Below, one piece after another: positions 22,794 through 35,749 of a stretch of DNA of 64,000 nt; position 1 is the stretch's first letter; each line of letters opens with the position of its first letter. Made by a program: the position numbers and the translations under genes. The notes beneath the pieces are model-generated. The model ran no database searches and was not told the DNA's origin. It saw nothing but the letters and a program-made list of their open reading frames with translations. The stretch is from Mobula birostris. Taxonomy: Eukaryota. The stretch spans positions 86,943,921-87,007,920 of the forward strand of contig NC_092383.1 in assembly GCF_030028105.1 (NCBI RefSeq), in the 5' to 3' direction.

Positions 22794-25429
22794 GCACAAT
22801 GTCCTCAATACCAGTGTTTTGATTGACACTACTGCCACATGAAATATAACTGCTGTGATGTTATTGATGGTGGTGGCTTGCAGAGGGTGGAGAGGATGGG
22901 AGAAAGGGGTGCACCCACTTTCAATTGCTGGTGTTACCTTGGAAATACGTTAAAGTAAAAAGACAAATCGGCTCAGACAGTCCAATAGTAGATGTCACCC
23001 GAGATTTTGTTTATCTCCCTGTCTTGTCTTGGTCTACTAAAAGACCTTTGCCTAGACATGAACAGGAACTTGCCATGCAAGTCGATAGGGTGGCTAACAA
23101 AGCACGTTGTGTGTTGGCTTTCATTCGGCGGGGGATTGAATTCAAGAGCCTTGAGGTAACATTTCAGCTCGAAAAACTCTGGTTAGTCCACACTTGGAGT
23201 ATTGTGTTCAGTTCTAGTCACCTCAACATAGAAAGCATGTAGTAGCTTTAGAAGAGACTTACCAGGATGATGCCCTGTATCGACAACATGTTTTATGAGG
23301 ATAGGTTGAGTGAGCTCGGGTTTTTCTCTTGGTGACTTGAGAAAGGTGTTACTAATGGTAGGAAGCATAAGTAGATTGAACAGCCAGCACCTTTTTTAGT
23401 TGGCTTTTTTCCACAGCCATCATTCTCATTTTCAAGGACTCCAGCTCATGTTCTCAATATTGTTTGTTTTTTTTCACTTATTATTATTTCTTTCTTTTCG
23501 TATTTGCACAGTTTGCTGTCTTCTGCACTCTGGATGAACTCCCAAGTTTGGCAGACTTATATTGATTTTGTTATTTTCATTATTCTATAGATTTATTGAG
23601 AATGCCCACAGAAAGTGAATCTCAGTGTTGTATAGGATGTACATTGAGAATAAATTTACTTTCAATTTACTTTGTCAGAAGTAGGTCCACTGCTCGATTT
23701 TGGGTCAAACCTCCTCAGCATTTCATTATGCATTATTTATCCTACTTTGTGGAGATGTAATACAAAATTAATGTTGCTTGTTATTACAACATTGACTTAG
23801 AAGGTGAAATCAAACAAAATAATCTTGTCATACTTCAAGATAGTGACTTTGTTTAATAGAATTCCACCTGCAACTCTTCACCCATGCTGATCTTAATATT
23901 GTGACATCTTCTCAAGATTTCCTGCATCACTCCAGCATCAATTTTAACCTTTGCATGATCGCGAACTGCTCAAAATCTTTTTACTATGTTGAAATCTGTT
24001 CTACAGATTCAAATTACTGGCTTTACTGTTGTTTATTTGAGTAATTAACTATGGATATATAAATAGAAATGCTTCTTCATAATGTTCTGTTTTCAATGAA
24101 CTATGTATCCATTCGCATTGTTCAGAATAAAACTTCTCTCATGAATTCAGGGTCCTAGATTTTCCTTAAAGTGTCAGTAGTTAGAAACTCTTCGGAGAAA
24201 GAATCAAATAATCTTCAGATCATGACATCCCATCAGAATGATTTTATTGAAAAAGGCTGACCTGAAGTATTAACTTTGTTATTTCCCTTGGAGTTGCTGC
24301 CCGACCTACTGAGTATTTCTATCGTCCACAAATTTTATTTCAGACAGGCGCGTGTTTTCCTGATATATTAAGGAATAGCAATACACAGAGAATACTATAA
24401 TAAGTTATTCACTTTGAGCACAGGGACTCTCATTGTACAAAGGTCTTAAGGACAATGGTCAGTAGGAAGTAAGGCTGGGTACTGAATAAAATCAAATAGA
24501 ATATGACTCCCCACATGTGCTGAGCACAATCTTATAATCATAAACAGTCGGTTGCACCAGATAAACAAATTCAAGGCATCTGGGCAGCATACCCAATCCA
24601 AACAGAGTCACCACATTGATGATGTCATTGTCCAAGCTAGGGAACGCAGTGTCATGTCTATCATACAACCATAAGACCTTAAGATATAGGAGCAGATTTA
24701 GGCCATTTTGGCCCATTGAGTTGCTCCACCATTTCATCATGGCTACTCCAATTTTCCTCTCAGCCCCTTTTTCCTGCCTTCTCCCTGAATCCCTTCATGC
24801 CCTGACCAATCAAGAAACTATCAACCTCTGTCTTAAATATACATAAAGACTAGGCCTCCACAGATGCATGTCGCAAAGAATTCCGCAGATCCACCACTCT
24901 CTGGCTAACGAAATTGCTCCTCATCTCCATTCTAAAAGGATGCCCCTCTGTTCTGAGGCTGTGTCCTCTGGTCTTACACCCTCCCACCATAGGAAACCGC
25001 CTCTCCACATCCACTCTATTGAGGCCTTTCACATTCGATATGTTTCAATGAGGTCACCCCTCCTTTTTCTGAATTCTGGTGAATACAGGCTCAGAGCTAT
25101 CAAACACTCTTCATATGTTAAGCCATTCAATCCTGGAATCATTTATCGCAAGTGCCATGATAGACATAGATGAGTGCGAGACAGATGGTCTGCTAATCCA
25201 TAGCACCACATCCATCAGGCTCATGAAAAAGAGGAGGGTTCTCAAGAAGCAGACCAGTCCATGGCTAAGACTTGAGCACCTAGTTGACACTGCCACCCAA
25301 CAGTACCATCCGGCGTCGTTTAGGGAAAACGTCCAACTGGAATACCCAGAGGATATCGAAAAACACTGTTTACTTAATCCACCTTCCTCAATGTCGGCAA
25401 AAAACACCCTTGGTTAAAAGTTCAGAAAA

Positions 25430-28395
25430 CATTGGGACTGTTTTGATGATAATGACATGTCTACCAAACAAAAAATCTTTAATCCAATTAAAAACTCTCC
25501 CACAACCCCCATCTTGTGCAGTTTAATTAACAATCCTTCCTTTCACATCATATCATGGACTTTTTCAATGTCAAAAAACACTGCAACTACTGACTCTTTA
25601 TTTGCCTGAGCCTTTCTTATTTCAGTCTCTAACCTTATCACTGAGTCCATGGAATTCCTTCCCTTCCTAAAACCACTCTGGTAACTTGCCAGCATTCCTC
25701 TCTTCTCAACCTCATACAATAACCTTTCTGTTATCATCCTTTCCATTATCTTACATATATTTGATGTTAATGCTATTGATCTGTAGCTAGTGGGTTTTCA
25801 CGGATCCTTGCCAGGTTTCCTAATTGGAATTACTACTGTTTCTTTCCATGCACTTGGTAATCTGTCCTCCTCCCACACTCTGTTATAAAAATGCAGCAAC
25901 TTCAAGAGTGCTCCTTCTCCTAGATTTTTCAGTATAACATAGCATATCAGATCTTTCCCTGGGGAGGTTGGTCTTGATGTCTTTCTTGCTCTCACCATTT
26001 CTGCCAACGTAAATGGATCATCAATTGTATCATCTGTTTCTTCCCTCCTGTTAACACAGCTAGGTGTTGATCCATTGTTCTTTCCCTTCTCCTTCTCCCT
26101 TCTTCAGACAAATTTTCTGATCTGTGTATCTGTACAAACGACTTGGCCATGATCTCAGCCTTATCCCTACTGGAGACTGCTGTTTCCTTCTCCGATATTA
26201 TTACTGGATATTCCCATTCCCTTCTATTCCCCCCCCCCCCCATCCTCTTAATCATTCCCCATACCTCTCCCACAGGTGTTGTTCTTCCTATTTTGTTGCA
26301 AAAACTCCTCCAACTTGCCCTTTTAGCTTGATGTACAGTTATTTTCACCACTGCCTGTGCCTTCTTATACTGAATCAAATGCTGCATATTATGGGTTCTT
26401 TTAACTAGCCTGAATGCTCTATTTCTGTTTTTTACAGCTTGACAACCCACTTTGCGATTCCACCACTTGGTCTTACTTCAATTATTTCACCCACTGAACA
26501 TAAAACTGGGTAGTGATCATTGCCTACTGCTGAAGCAGTCCAAACCCCCCAGTTACTAACACCAGCCAACGTATTAGACACCAACGTAATATCTAATACT
26601 GACTCAGTTCTTGTTGTTAAGTTTATCCTTGTTCCTCTACCATCATTCATGCACACCAAATCCCTTTCTTCCATCAAATCTTCAATTACCTTTCCATTTG
26701 AATCTGTAATCGTATCCCCCATATTGTGCTATGAGCATTGAAATCTGCACACCACACTAGTTTATGTCTGTTTTGTCTTTGTATCCTTAATAGGCTGTCC
26801 ATATCCAACGTTTTACATGGATTGTAGTAGTTAATTATAACCATTCCCTCCCCTCTTTCCCACACTCCCACCACTATGTATTCCTGATCATCTCCTTTTT
26901 CCAATATCCTATATGGTATACCTTGTTTGATTAACATTGCACAACCCCCTCCTCCCCCTAGAATTCTGTCTTTCCTTATCATTGTATACCCATACACCAC
27001 AAAGTCTAAAGTTGGTTTCAACCAAGTTTCCTGAATACATACTACATCTGGTTTTACAACCATTTCTTTAATAAAGTGCTTGAATTCCTGGCTATTGGCC
27101 AGTAAGCTCCTTGCATTCCATTGCAAAAGAATCACCATAATTAGTATTAACCAACCCATGACACTTCCTGGTTTGACTGATTAGTGAGGTTCTTCCTTAC
27201 TTCTTCCCACGTCAGTCCTATTAACCCTAAATGGTTCATTGCTGCTTTGACCACCAGCTGAATTTTATCACTTTCTGACTTTACCTCAGCTGTACTATTA
27301 ATCACTCCTGCAATGAATGTGACTGGAGCCTTTTTGTCTACATAAATCCTGTCATGTGTTCTTTGTTGCAACTCTCGCATCCCTATTGCTCCCTGTTCAT
27401 TAGGAGCGTTATTCTGTTCTTTTGATATTCTTACAGCTTCTGCATAAGTGATCTTTCTTTTCACTCTTATTTCTTGAAATTTATTCTCCCATCTCATAAC
27501 CTCACACCCACTATATGCAACATTATGAGCTCCTCCACAATTGCAGCATTTTAGTTGCACTCCTGTTCCGCACTTTCCATATTCATGATCACCCCCACAT
27601 CTAGCACATCTCCTCTGCCTTTTACAGTTTTTAGCTTGTGTCCAAACCTTTGATAATTATAGCACCTCAATGGCTTTGGCACATACACCCTTACTGGGTA
27701 ACTCATGAAACCCAGGAACACCTTCCTTGGCACTCTTTCTTCTTCAAATTCAATCGATACTGTTTCACCTTCTTTTTTCATTCTTTCCTTTCTTGTTTTC
27801 AATCTTTGAACATTTATTACTTTTCCTCCTTTGATATTTCTCTTTAACTCCTCCATATTTGTACTTATTGGTACCCTCGTGATCACTCCTTTACATACAC
27901 CGCTATTTCGTGCCCTCACCCTCCTTGAGTATTCCACCTTGCATTTTCCTATCTCTTTTAGCTTGAGTGCTTTCTCAAGTTGTTCCTCATTGGCACATTT
28001 TACCAATAGGTTGCCATCATTAAGGACTTCTGCAAATACTATTTCTCCTATCTTACTTGCCAGAGTTGCTGTTAGCCCAAACAGGTTAATGTTCTTCACG
28101 TTTCCTTGAGCCTTCTCATTAAACATAATTATGACAACACCTTGTCTCTGAACTTGTTTATCTCCCTCACTTTCAGAGCTCTATCCACTGTCATTTCTCA
28201 TTCTTTTATTTCTTTTGTCTTGGTTTTCAATCATCCATCCCCTCACTATCTCCTCATTCCCTTTATTTCTCCCTTCACAATAATCCATTTCTCCCCAGCT
28301 GCCTACCCCTGATCCCAAATCGCTATCCACTCCTTCTCCACTCTCTTTCACTCAACCCCGCCCCCCGCCTTTTCCGTCATTACTTTACCTGTGCA
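25430..28395 (-). mobile_element. I-clade (Nimb-like) LINE: 5' UTR, gag-like ORF1 with CCHC knuckles, ORF2 endonuclease and RT start; 3'-truncated
   Basis: ORFs 27551-28126 and 27147-27560 (KPLRCYNYQRFGH, CCNCGGAHNVAYSGC), 26686-27159 (LLQWNARSLL..CIQETWL), 25798-26007 and 25543-25746 (SYQSGFRKGRNSMD..FFDIEKVHD). Confidence 0.88.
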
Positions 28396-28489
28396 ACCCC
28401 CTACTAGCAATTCCCTCTCCTTCCCCACTCCCTTTTCCTCTTTGGTTCACAAAACAGCAGACTTGCAAAACCCCTGTTCAAGCAATTCA

Positions 28490-28790
28490 AACAATACTGT
28501 TGACACAAAGTAAGAAGATACTCCCCTCTTCGACAGGTACCTTTGCTACATAACTTCTGCTCAGTAGATTTTTTTTTGTTTTTCACACCATTCTCTGTAA
28601 GCTCTAGGGACTGTTGTGCATGAAAATCCAAGAGATCAACAGTTTCTGATATACTCAAACCTCTCCATCTGGTACTAATTATCATTCCATGGTCAAAGTC
28701 ACTAAGATCACATTTGCTCTTCATTCTGATGTTTGGCATGGCCAACAACCGAATCTCTTGACCACGTCTACATGCTATTATGAATTGTTT
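28490..28790 (-). mobile_element. Tc1/mariner transposase N-terminal fragment
   Basis: ORF 28404-28748 KCDLSDFDHGMIISTRWRGLSISETVDLLDF (Tc1 paired-like HTH). Confidence 0.75.
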
Positions 28791-29529
28791 GTCATTGAGG
28801 AAATATTGCCTGAAAAACCTGTGGAATTTTTTGAGGAAAGTACAATGGCCTTGCTTCCAAATGAGACCATAAGATATAGGAGCCGAATTAGGCCATTTGG
28901 CTCATCGAGATGATTAAGGGGGAAATTACAATTTTATTTACTCGGGCAGAATGGCAGCGGCACTATTGTTTTCAGTTCCACAACCAGTAATACAAGCAAT
29001 GTTCTTCTACATGCTTTGGGCCTGAGACTGCAAGATAAATTAATCTCTACAAATATTCTGTAATAACTTAGACATGAAAGTTGATATTCATTTTTATTTT
29101 GGAAGTAGATACTTGGAATGGATAATGGATAACCAACGGGGATAAATTCACTCAACTTCACTTGCCCCAACATTGAAATGTTCCCACAACCAATGGACTT
29201 ACTTTCAAGGACCCTTCATCTTATGTTCTTGATATTTACTTATATCTTCATTTTTGTGTTTGCATAAGTGTCTTCTGCACTCTAGTTGAACACTCTAGTT
29301 GGGTGGTCTTTCATTGATTCTGTGGTGGTTATTATTCTGTAGATTTATTATGTCCATGGGAAAATAAATCCAAGTTTTATATGGTGATATACATGCACTT
29401 TGAAAATAAACCTACTTTGAATGATAAGAATCAGGGTTCACATCCTGTTGTTGTGTAACAGATTCATACGGTCCTAGAGATGTACAGCACAGACAAAGAC
29501 CATGTGGCTTTCCATTGCACATCCATCTA

Positions 29530-29930
29530 CAGTACTGTGCAAATATCTTATGCCCCCTAGATTTTTATTGTTTCAGATGGTATGGGCTCCACAGAGTACT
29601 GATCTCGACATCATTGAGGCTGTCTGGGATTACCTGGAGAGGCAGAAACAAGTGAGACAGTCAAAGTCTGCAGACGAACTGTGGCAAGTTCTCCAATATT
29701 CTTCGAACAACCCACCAGCTGATTTTCTTATAGAATTGCATGACAAAATCCCTAGAGGAACTGATGAAGATTTAAAGGCAAAAGATGGTCACACCAAATA
29801 TTGATTTCATTTAATTTTACTATTGTTTCTTGCTCCTTGTTATTCAGAAACATTTCATTTCATTGTTTTTGAAAGCATCTTCACTATACAGAATTATTTT
29901 ACATGTGCAGAAGACTTTTGCACAGCACTG
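29530..29930 (+). mobile_element. Tc1 internal-deletion derivative
   Basis: TIRs cagtactgtgcaaa / tttgcacagcactg, TA on both sides, transposase C-terminus WAPQSTDLDIIEAVWDYL..LKAKDGHTKY. Confidence 0.9.
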
Positions 29931-31718
29931 TATATAAAGCCTACCTTCCAGCACATGGCCCATTGCTTTTATTGACAGTTGATTTAAGACTGCATTCAGA
30001 CACTTCACAAACACTGACTGTAACTCTGTTTCCACCACTCTCAGGGTAAAAACAATCCCTTCAAATCTCTTCTAAGTCTCTGTCATCTAGATTTATTCAC
30101 TTCTGGGAATGGGAAAGTTTGCTGTCCTCTATCCAACCTGTACATCTCATAATATATATCCCTCAATCATATCCACTCTTAACAACCAATGCTCAATGAA
30201 AAGAAAGACTAGTCTCTTCTAATGTTTATCCTTTGGAAATTAGAATGATTTGCTGCATTCAAAGGTTGTCATGCAGTATTCTCCATGACTACTCCGTCGC
30301 TAACCTCCTCCCATGGTGTGAGATGACTTACATTTACGTGCTTGCCAAACCTGAGGGTGCAGCTTTCTCTTGCTGTGATATTACCTGACATAACATTGAC
30401 TCAGAGATTGCAGGTAAAGCATTAAGCAATAAGGTAACAACTTGCTGTGTTAGCCAAAGTCTCAATGACAGTAACTGTAGAAAAAAAATGTGTAAGCTGC
30501 TGATAACATCCAAACAGGTAATTTTTCAGTGAATAGCATTTTGAAGAATTACACAGGATCTTGATCAGCTGGGTATTTGAGCTGAGGAATTGCAAATGGA
30601 GTCCAATTCAGATACATTTACCACCATATACAACCCTGAGATTTGATTTCATGCGGGCATACTCAGTAAATCCAATAGCCATAATAGAATCAAGGAATGG
30701 CCGCAATGAAAGATGACACCATTGTCTTGAGCCAATTTGTTTTTAATCCTACATGGCTCCTACTTTCTTATCATCATAAGTGCATTATAATCTGGTCATT
30801 TTCATTGCCCTGATTGATTTACCCCATCGCTTCTCTAACTTACAAAGTCTCTTGTTGGCATTTCAGTTCTTCTGTTCTGCATGGGACTTTTTGAAACTGT
30901 TGAACTCAAATTCACTTTTCCCACTGTTGTCCAGGGAATAAAGAGATACTTTTGATCAACCCATGATTATTTTTCTTGGGTCGATATTGAGTCATTTATC
31001 ATTCATTATGTTTCAAATCTACCTACATGGTCTCAATTTCTGTCTTCTTCACAGAATCGGAATCAGGTTTAATATCACTGGCACATATCATAAAATTTGT
31101 TGTTTTGTGGCAGCACTACAGTGCAATACATAAAAAACTATAAATGACAAAAATAAATATATATTCATAAGTAGTGCAAAAATAAAGCAAAATATTGTGA
31201 GGTAGTATTCATGGGTTGGTTTATTTTGTCTTCAGAAATCTGATGGTGGAGGGGAAGAATCTGTTCCTAAAATATTGAGGGTATATCATCATGTTCCTCT
31301 ACCTTCTCCCTGATGGTGGCATTGAGAAGAAATTATGTCCTGGGTGACATGTCCATTACAGCTGTCCACTTCCTCCAATGACATTTCAGTATCATAAAGG
31401 CACCTCTGCAATTCTAACTTCTTTATTTTTCCTAAATCCATTTTCACTGTGTAGCTCTCAATTCAAAGACCTCATCATTTGCACGTGACCAAGTCCCAGT
31501 GATTATGTGTCTGTAACTGGTGATCACAGGTTGTTCCCCTTCCCCCATCCTGTCATTCAGTCAACACCAGTTTACTCTTCTAGTTGAACTCCTCTGGCTC
31601 TGCTTTCTTACCTCACTCCACTCCACTAAGGTTACAGAAGAAACAGAAGGTAAATGTTTCAAACACAAAGCCATCTTGTTTCATTTCATCAATTCTGTAT
31701 CTCTTCCCCTTTACTCAG

Positions 31719-31809
31719 TTTCATAGTATGGAAGGTGGACCATTGGCTGCTCTTCACTCTGCTGATGATCTGCATGATTTCAGTCACATGATTCACAAGG
31801 AAAACTGAG
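31719..31809 (+). pseudogene. Paralogous TM exon with premature stop (remnant B')
   Basis: Same 91-nt length and splice context as 8669-8759: FIVWKVDHWLLFTLLMICMISVT*FTRKTE. TGG to TGA at 31789-31791. The upstream intron aligns (31370-31718 vs 8330-8668). Confidence 0.85.
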
Positions 31810-32064
31810 GTAGGCTTCTGGACATCAGTGGAATTTGCTTTCAAATATACTGATCATTTGAGGAAAGACATTTAAACACATTGACCTTTTCTTATCCAAT
31901 GATCAATACAAAGATATTTGCAGATGATATTGACAAGATGTTGGCACACTGTATGTGTGCAGAATGTTTGATGTGCATATATTGGAGTCCAAGCTCCAGA
32001 TACAACTGCATAGCAGAGTTCCCAGTGTCGATGGGTCTGAAAATTTGACCATTGCCTTTTGCAG

Positions 32065-32103
32065 AGTGGCAATGTATCAGATCCTCACAACCTGGTCCAT
32101 TAG
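32065..32103 (+). pseudogene. Paralogous tail exon of remnant B'
   Basis: Acceptor ttgccttttgcag, then SGNVSDPHNLVH-stop, aligning with 9751 onward. The 3' UTR homolog follows (32180-32410 vs 9880-10110). Confidence 0.65.
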
Positions 32104-32625
32104 GTAAAGTGAAGGCTTCTGACTGCTCGAATTTTGCACCCAGGTAAAATATTCTTCCCACTTTATGAAAAAATTAACCTCTCTTGTCATTAAATTATTA
32201 ACTTCATGAAGGTGAAAAAATAATGTTACCGTACTTCAATACAGTGACTTATTTTTAAGCATTCCATTTCCAACATGTCACCCCCACTGATCTCAATATT
32301 GTGGCACCTTTTATTTTTTGCCACAACAACTATTTTTAGCCCTGTCACAGCTGTGAACTGCTTAAGACCATTTTACTCTATTAAACTCTCTTCTATGGAT
32401 TTAAATGCCAGAGGTCATTGCTGTTAGATATTCCAATGATTAATAAGCTATCAGTTAAGATACTTGCTTATAAACTGCTGGTGTTAATAAGTCATTTATC
32501 CTTTAGGCTTAGATGAGAATAAAACTTTATACATGGCAAACAGATCACATTCGGGCTCCTGGATTTTCTTCAGGGAGTCAGGACCATAAGACCATAAACA
32601 CAGGAGCAGGTTTAAGTCATTCACC

Positions 32626-34054
32626 TGTTTCAGTCATTCCACAAAATAAGTTTGAACAGCATTTCAAAGATTCCAAGCTGAAGCCTGCAAATATTCAACT
32701 AAGAACCTATCCAGGAGAAAAGGCAATTCCTGTGGGAATGACATTTGTAACTGTGAAATACAACAACAGCAACAAGCCACATTGACAACTACTACTTGGT
32801 TGGAAATCCGCTCAATAATTTGCATGTCATAACCCCTGCAAAGAAGCCAACTGAAAACAAATTTAAAAAGGTACTGGATGATGCCACAACTGTCTCCATG
32901 CAGAAAAACATGAACCATTGCCTAGCAGAGGACTAACCAGTGTTGGTGCCAACCTCTGTACTTCTGGTTGGAAAGCATATTGGAACAAGGAAGGACCATG
33001 CTGTTCAGTAGAAGTGTGAAAGTGACGAAAGCACTGGTCTGACTACAACGGTTTTTGTGGGCAACATATCAGTGAAAGTTTCTGGCATGTTAGTCAGACA
33101 GTTATCTGTGAAATATGGCTTGGTTTTAAGCTAGGAGAGAGTTCAAGAAGTTTCAAGAAAGTTGCAAGCATTCGGCTTTTGTGAATACAAAGAATCTACT
33201 CTGCGTGCATTATGTTTGTTGCATGAACTTCAAGTAAGAAACTAAAAGCTGCTTGTAAAAATAGATGCCCAGCTGGATTAATGGAAGGTCAAAAGGAAAG
33301 GAGTCAATGGAGAGTCGAAAGCAGGGGATCCATCAAATGATGATGTGGATGAGAAAACCAAAAGGACAGATCAGATTGTAATGGGAGAAATAGAAGGATT
33401 CAAAAGAGAATACTTCAGTGAACTCATTGCACCTTCCCAACATCAAGATGCATAAACTAAAAGAAGAGAAAGGAAGGAGAAGAAAAATGTTCAGAGCTGT
33501 CAGAACCACTTCCTGCAGTTTTAGAGTCAGTTCCTGCAACCACCACAGAGGACACCCTGGAACCTGAGATTTCACAGCCAAAAGTTTTAACTGCCAGGCA
33601 GAGTGATCTGATTTGTCAGGAAAAATGTTGTCCCACAAGAGCAGGAAATCCTTCACAGCGATTAATTCTTTAGATCTGAATGGGACAAATTAAAATTTAC
33701 TATGCCATGGATATCTGCAAATAGTAGTTGCATGATATATTATACTTTGTATATGATTGAGATACATACCATATTGAGTTGCAATTTACAGCTAAGCAGG
33801 GAGGAGTGTTGTGTATTTAATATTTTAGTAATATTTGAATAATATTGTACATGTTGTTTGATTAAGTACTCTTGTTTGTTTAAATAATTAAATACAGATT
33901 ATAAGTAAAAGACTTGAATTGCATATATCATGACACCAACACATGATACATGCGCACCTCACTTAAAGTAAAAACACAAACTAAGATTTACATTTCTCGG
34001 CTCTGTTGCTTTCCTTTGAATTATTTTACTGTTTTGGAGCTACAAACCATAACA
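32626..34054 (+). mobile_element. Gypsy LTR retrotransposon remnant: protease/linker (32626-32897), integrase tail (about 33487-33670), PPT and 3' LTR (33807-34054)
   Basis: VSVIPQNKFEQHFKDSKLKPANIQLRTYPGEKAIPVGMTFVTVKYNN, then CSELSEPLPAV..CPTRAGNPSQRLIL-stop. PPT agggaggag at about 33798-33806 directly precedes TGTT...AACA. The 5' LTR, gag, RT, RNase H and integrase core are missing. Confidence 0.82.
32940..33486 (+). pseudogene. RBM25: Intronless RBM25 (RNA-binding motif protein 25) fragment covering the RRM; disabled
   Basis: VLVPTSVLLVGKHIGTRKDH..TTTVFVGNISVKVSGMLVRQLSVKYGLVLS*ERVQEVSRKLQAFGFCEYKESTLRALCLLHELQ..KLLVKIDAQLD*WK..REYFSELIAPSQ..RRERKEKK matches vertebrate RBM25 residues about 53-241 as I recall them. 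Several in-frame stops (e.g. TAG 33132-33134). Not in the ORF track. Confidence 0.92.
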
Positions 34055-34272
34055 AGGACCTTTCATCAAACACAGTTTCACTTCAGGGATCCATCCTCAG
34101 ATCCGGCTTAGAAGTGGACGAGTGTTGGTTTAGAAAGCAGATCTATTCAGAGGAGAGCTGTGTAGGATAAGAGACAATACAGTTCATTCCCAAGTTATGA
34201 CAATCTGACTTATGGACACTCCTACAAATGAACGAGCCTTGTTAATGTTGCTGAATTCAAAACCCTACTGTG

Positions 34273-34632
34273 CAGTAATGTGTTAAAGTCGCAGACATTG
34301 TAGATTTTTTATATGGTTTCAGAAGCTATGGCTTCCACAGGGCCCTAATCTCAACATCAGTGAGGCTGTTTGCGATTATCTGGAGGTTCAGAGGCAAGCA
34401 CAACAGCCAAAGTCTGGAGAAGAACTGTGGCAACCTGCCAGATAACTTTCTTATAAAACCACACAACAGTGCAGCTAAGAGGATTGATGCAGTTTTAAAG
34501 GCAAAGGATAGTCTCACCAAATATTGATTTAATGTTTTGTTTTTACTGTTTACTTCTCATTTCATTATTTCTGAAAGCATCTTCACTTTACAGAATATTT
34601 TGATATATGCCTACGACTTCTGCACAGTACTG
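34273..34632 (+). mobile_element. Tc1 internal-deletion derivative (same family as 29530-29930)
   Basis: Degenerate TIR cagtaatgtgttaaagtc / gacttctgcacagtactg, with a transposase C-terminal remnant. Confidence 0.75.
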
Positions 34633-35749
34633 TTTGCACGTGACACAAAGATTGTCGGTATTGTGGATGGTCTAGAGTCTTGTCACAAATTACAACAGGG
34701 TAAAGACAGGATGCGGCGCTGGGTGCAGAAGTGATTGATGGAGCTTAACACAGAAAAATGTGAAGTGATACACCTTGGATGATCGAACTTGAAGGCAGAT
34801 TACAAGGTTAATGGCAGGATTCTGAGCAATGTGGAGGAACCGAAAGATATTGGGTTGCAAGTCCGTAGATTCCTCAAAGTTGCTGTGCAAGTTGAAAGGG
34901 TGTTAAAGAAGGTGTGTGATGTGTATGAATATGGAGGGCTATGTGCTGTGTAGGAGGGAAGGATTAGATTCATCAAGAAGTATAGATTGGCACAATATTC
35001 TGTGCCAAAAGGCCTGTACTGTGCTGTTCTATGTTCCTATAAATAACAGAACGAGTTTTCTTTCCTTCCACTTTTCAAAATTACTCTTTCACCTCAGTTT
35101 TATATGCAGTTATTGCCTTTCATTACAATAGTATGTAAGTATGGATAACATATTGAGTGATATCTGTTGTGTTTTCTGACATAAGGGTAAAATTGACTTA
35201 CAGGTATCTGTAAAAACAGACCCATTCATTCCTCAGGGACGGTCTGTATGGAGGTTGGTTAAGACTGACCTGATCAGTTGATAGGTAAAGCCCTGCCCAC
35301 CAGTGAGCACATCTACAAAGGAGACCTGCCACAAGAGAGCAGAATCCATCATCGAGGACCCACATCATCTAGACATGCTCTCTTCTCGCTGCTGCCGAGC
35401 AGAAGGAGGTACTGGAGCTCAGTTCCCGAACTAACAGGTTCAGGAACAGGGCAGCCACCAGGCTCCTGAACTGGGGGGATAACTTCAGTCACCTCAACAC
35501 TGATATTATCACTGAACACAGCCTATGGAATCACTTTCAAAGATTCTACATCTCATCTCCTCCATATTTTATCCTTATTTATCTATTGTATTTCCATAGT
35601 TTGTCTTCCTTTGCACGTTGTTTGTACATACCTGTATGTAGTTTTTAATTGATGCTACTGTATTCGTTTGCACTACTATGAATGCCTGCAAGAAAATGAA
35701 TCTCTGGGTGAATCTTATGGTGACACAAACAATCTGTATTACAGTGCAG

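Noticed and set aside
25160-25185. DIDEC resembles a calcium-binding EGF start
   Set aside because: The remaining five EGF cysteines are absent.
25111-25407. Minus-strand ORF with NDAGWYCW (Ig-like DxGxYxC look-alike) followed by a hydrophobic stretch
   Set aside because: No B-strand Cys or Trp spacing of an Ig domain and no splice sites. The composition looks like the antisense shadow of the plus-strand ORF.
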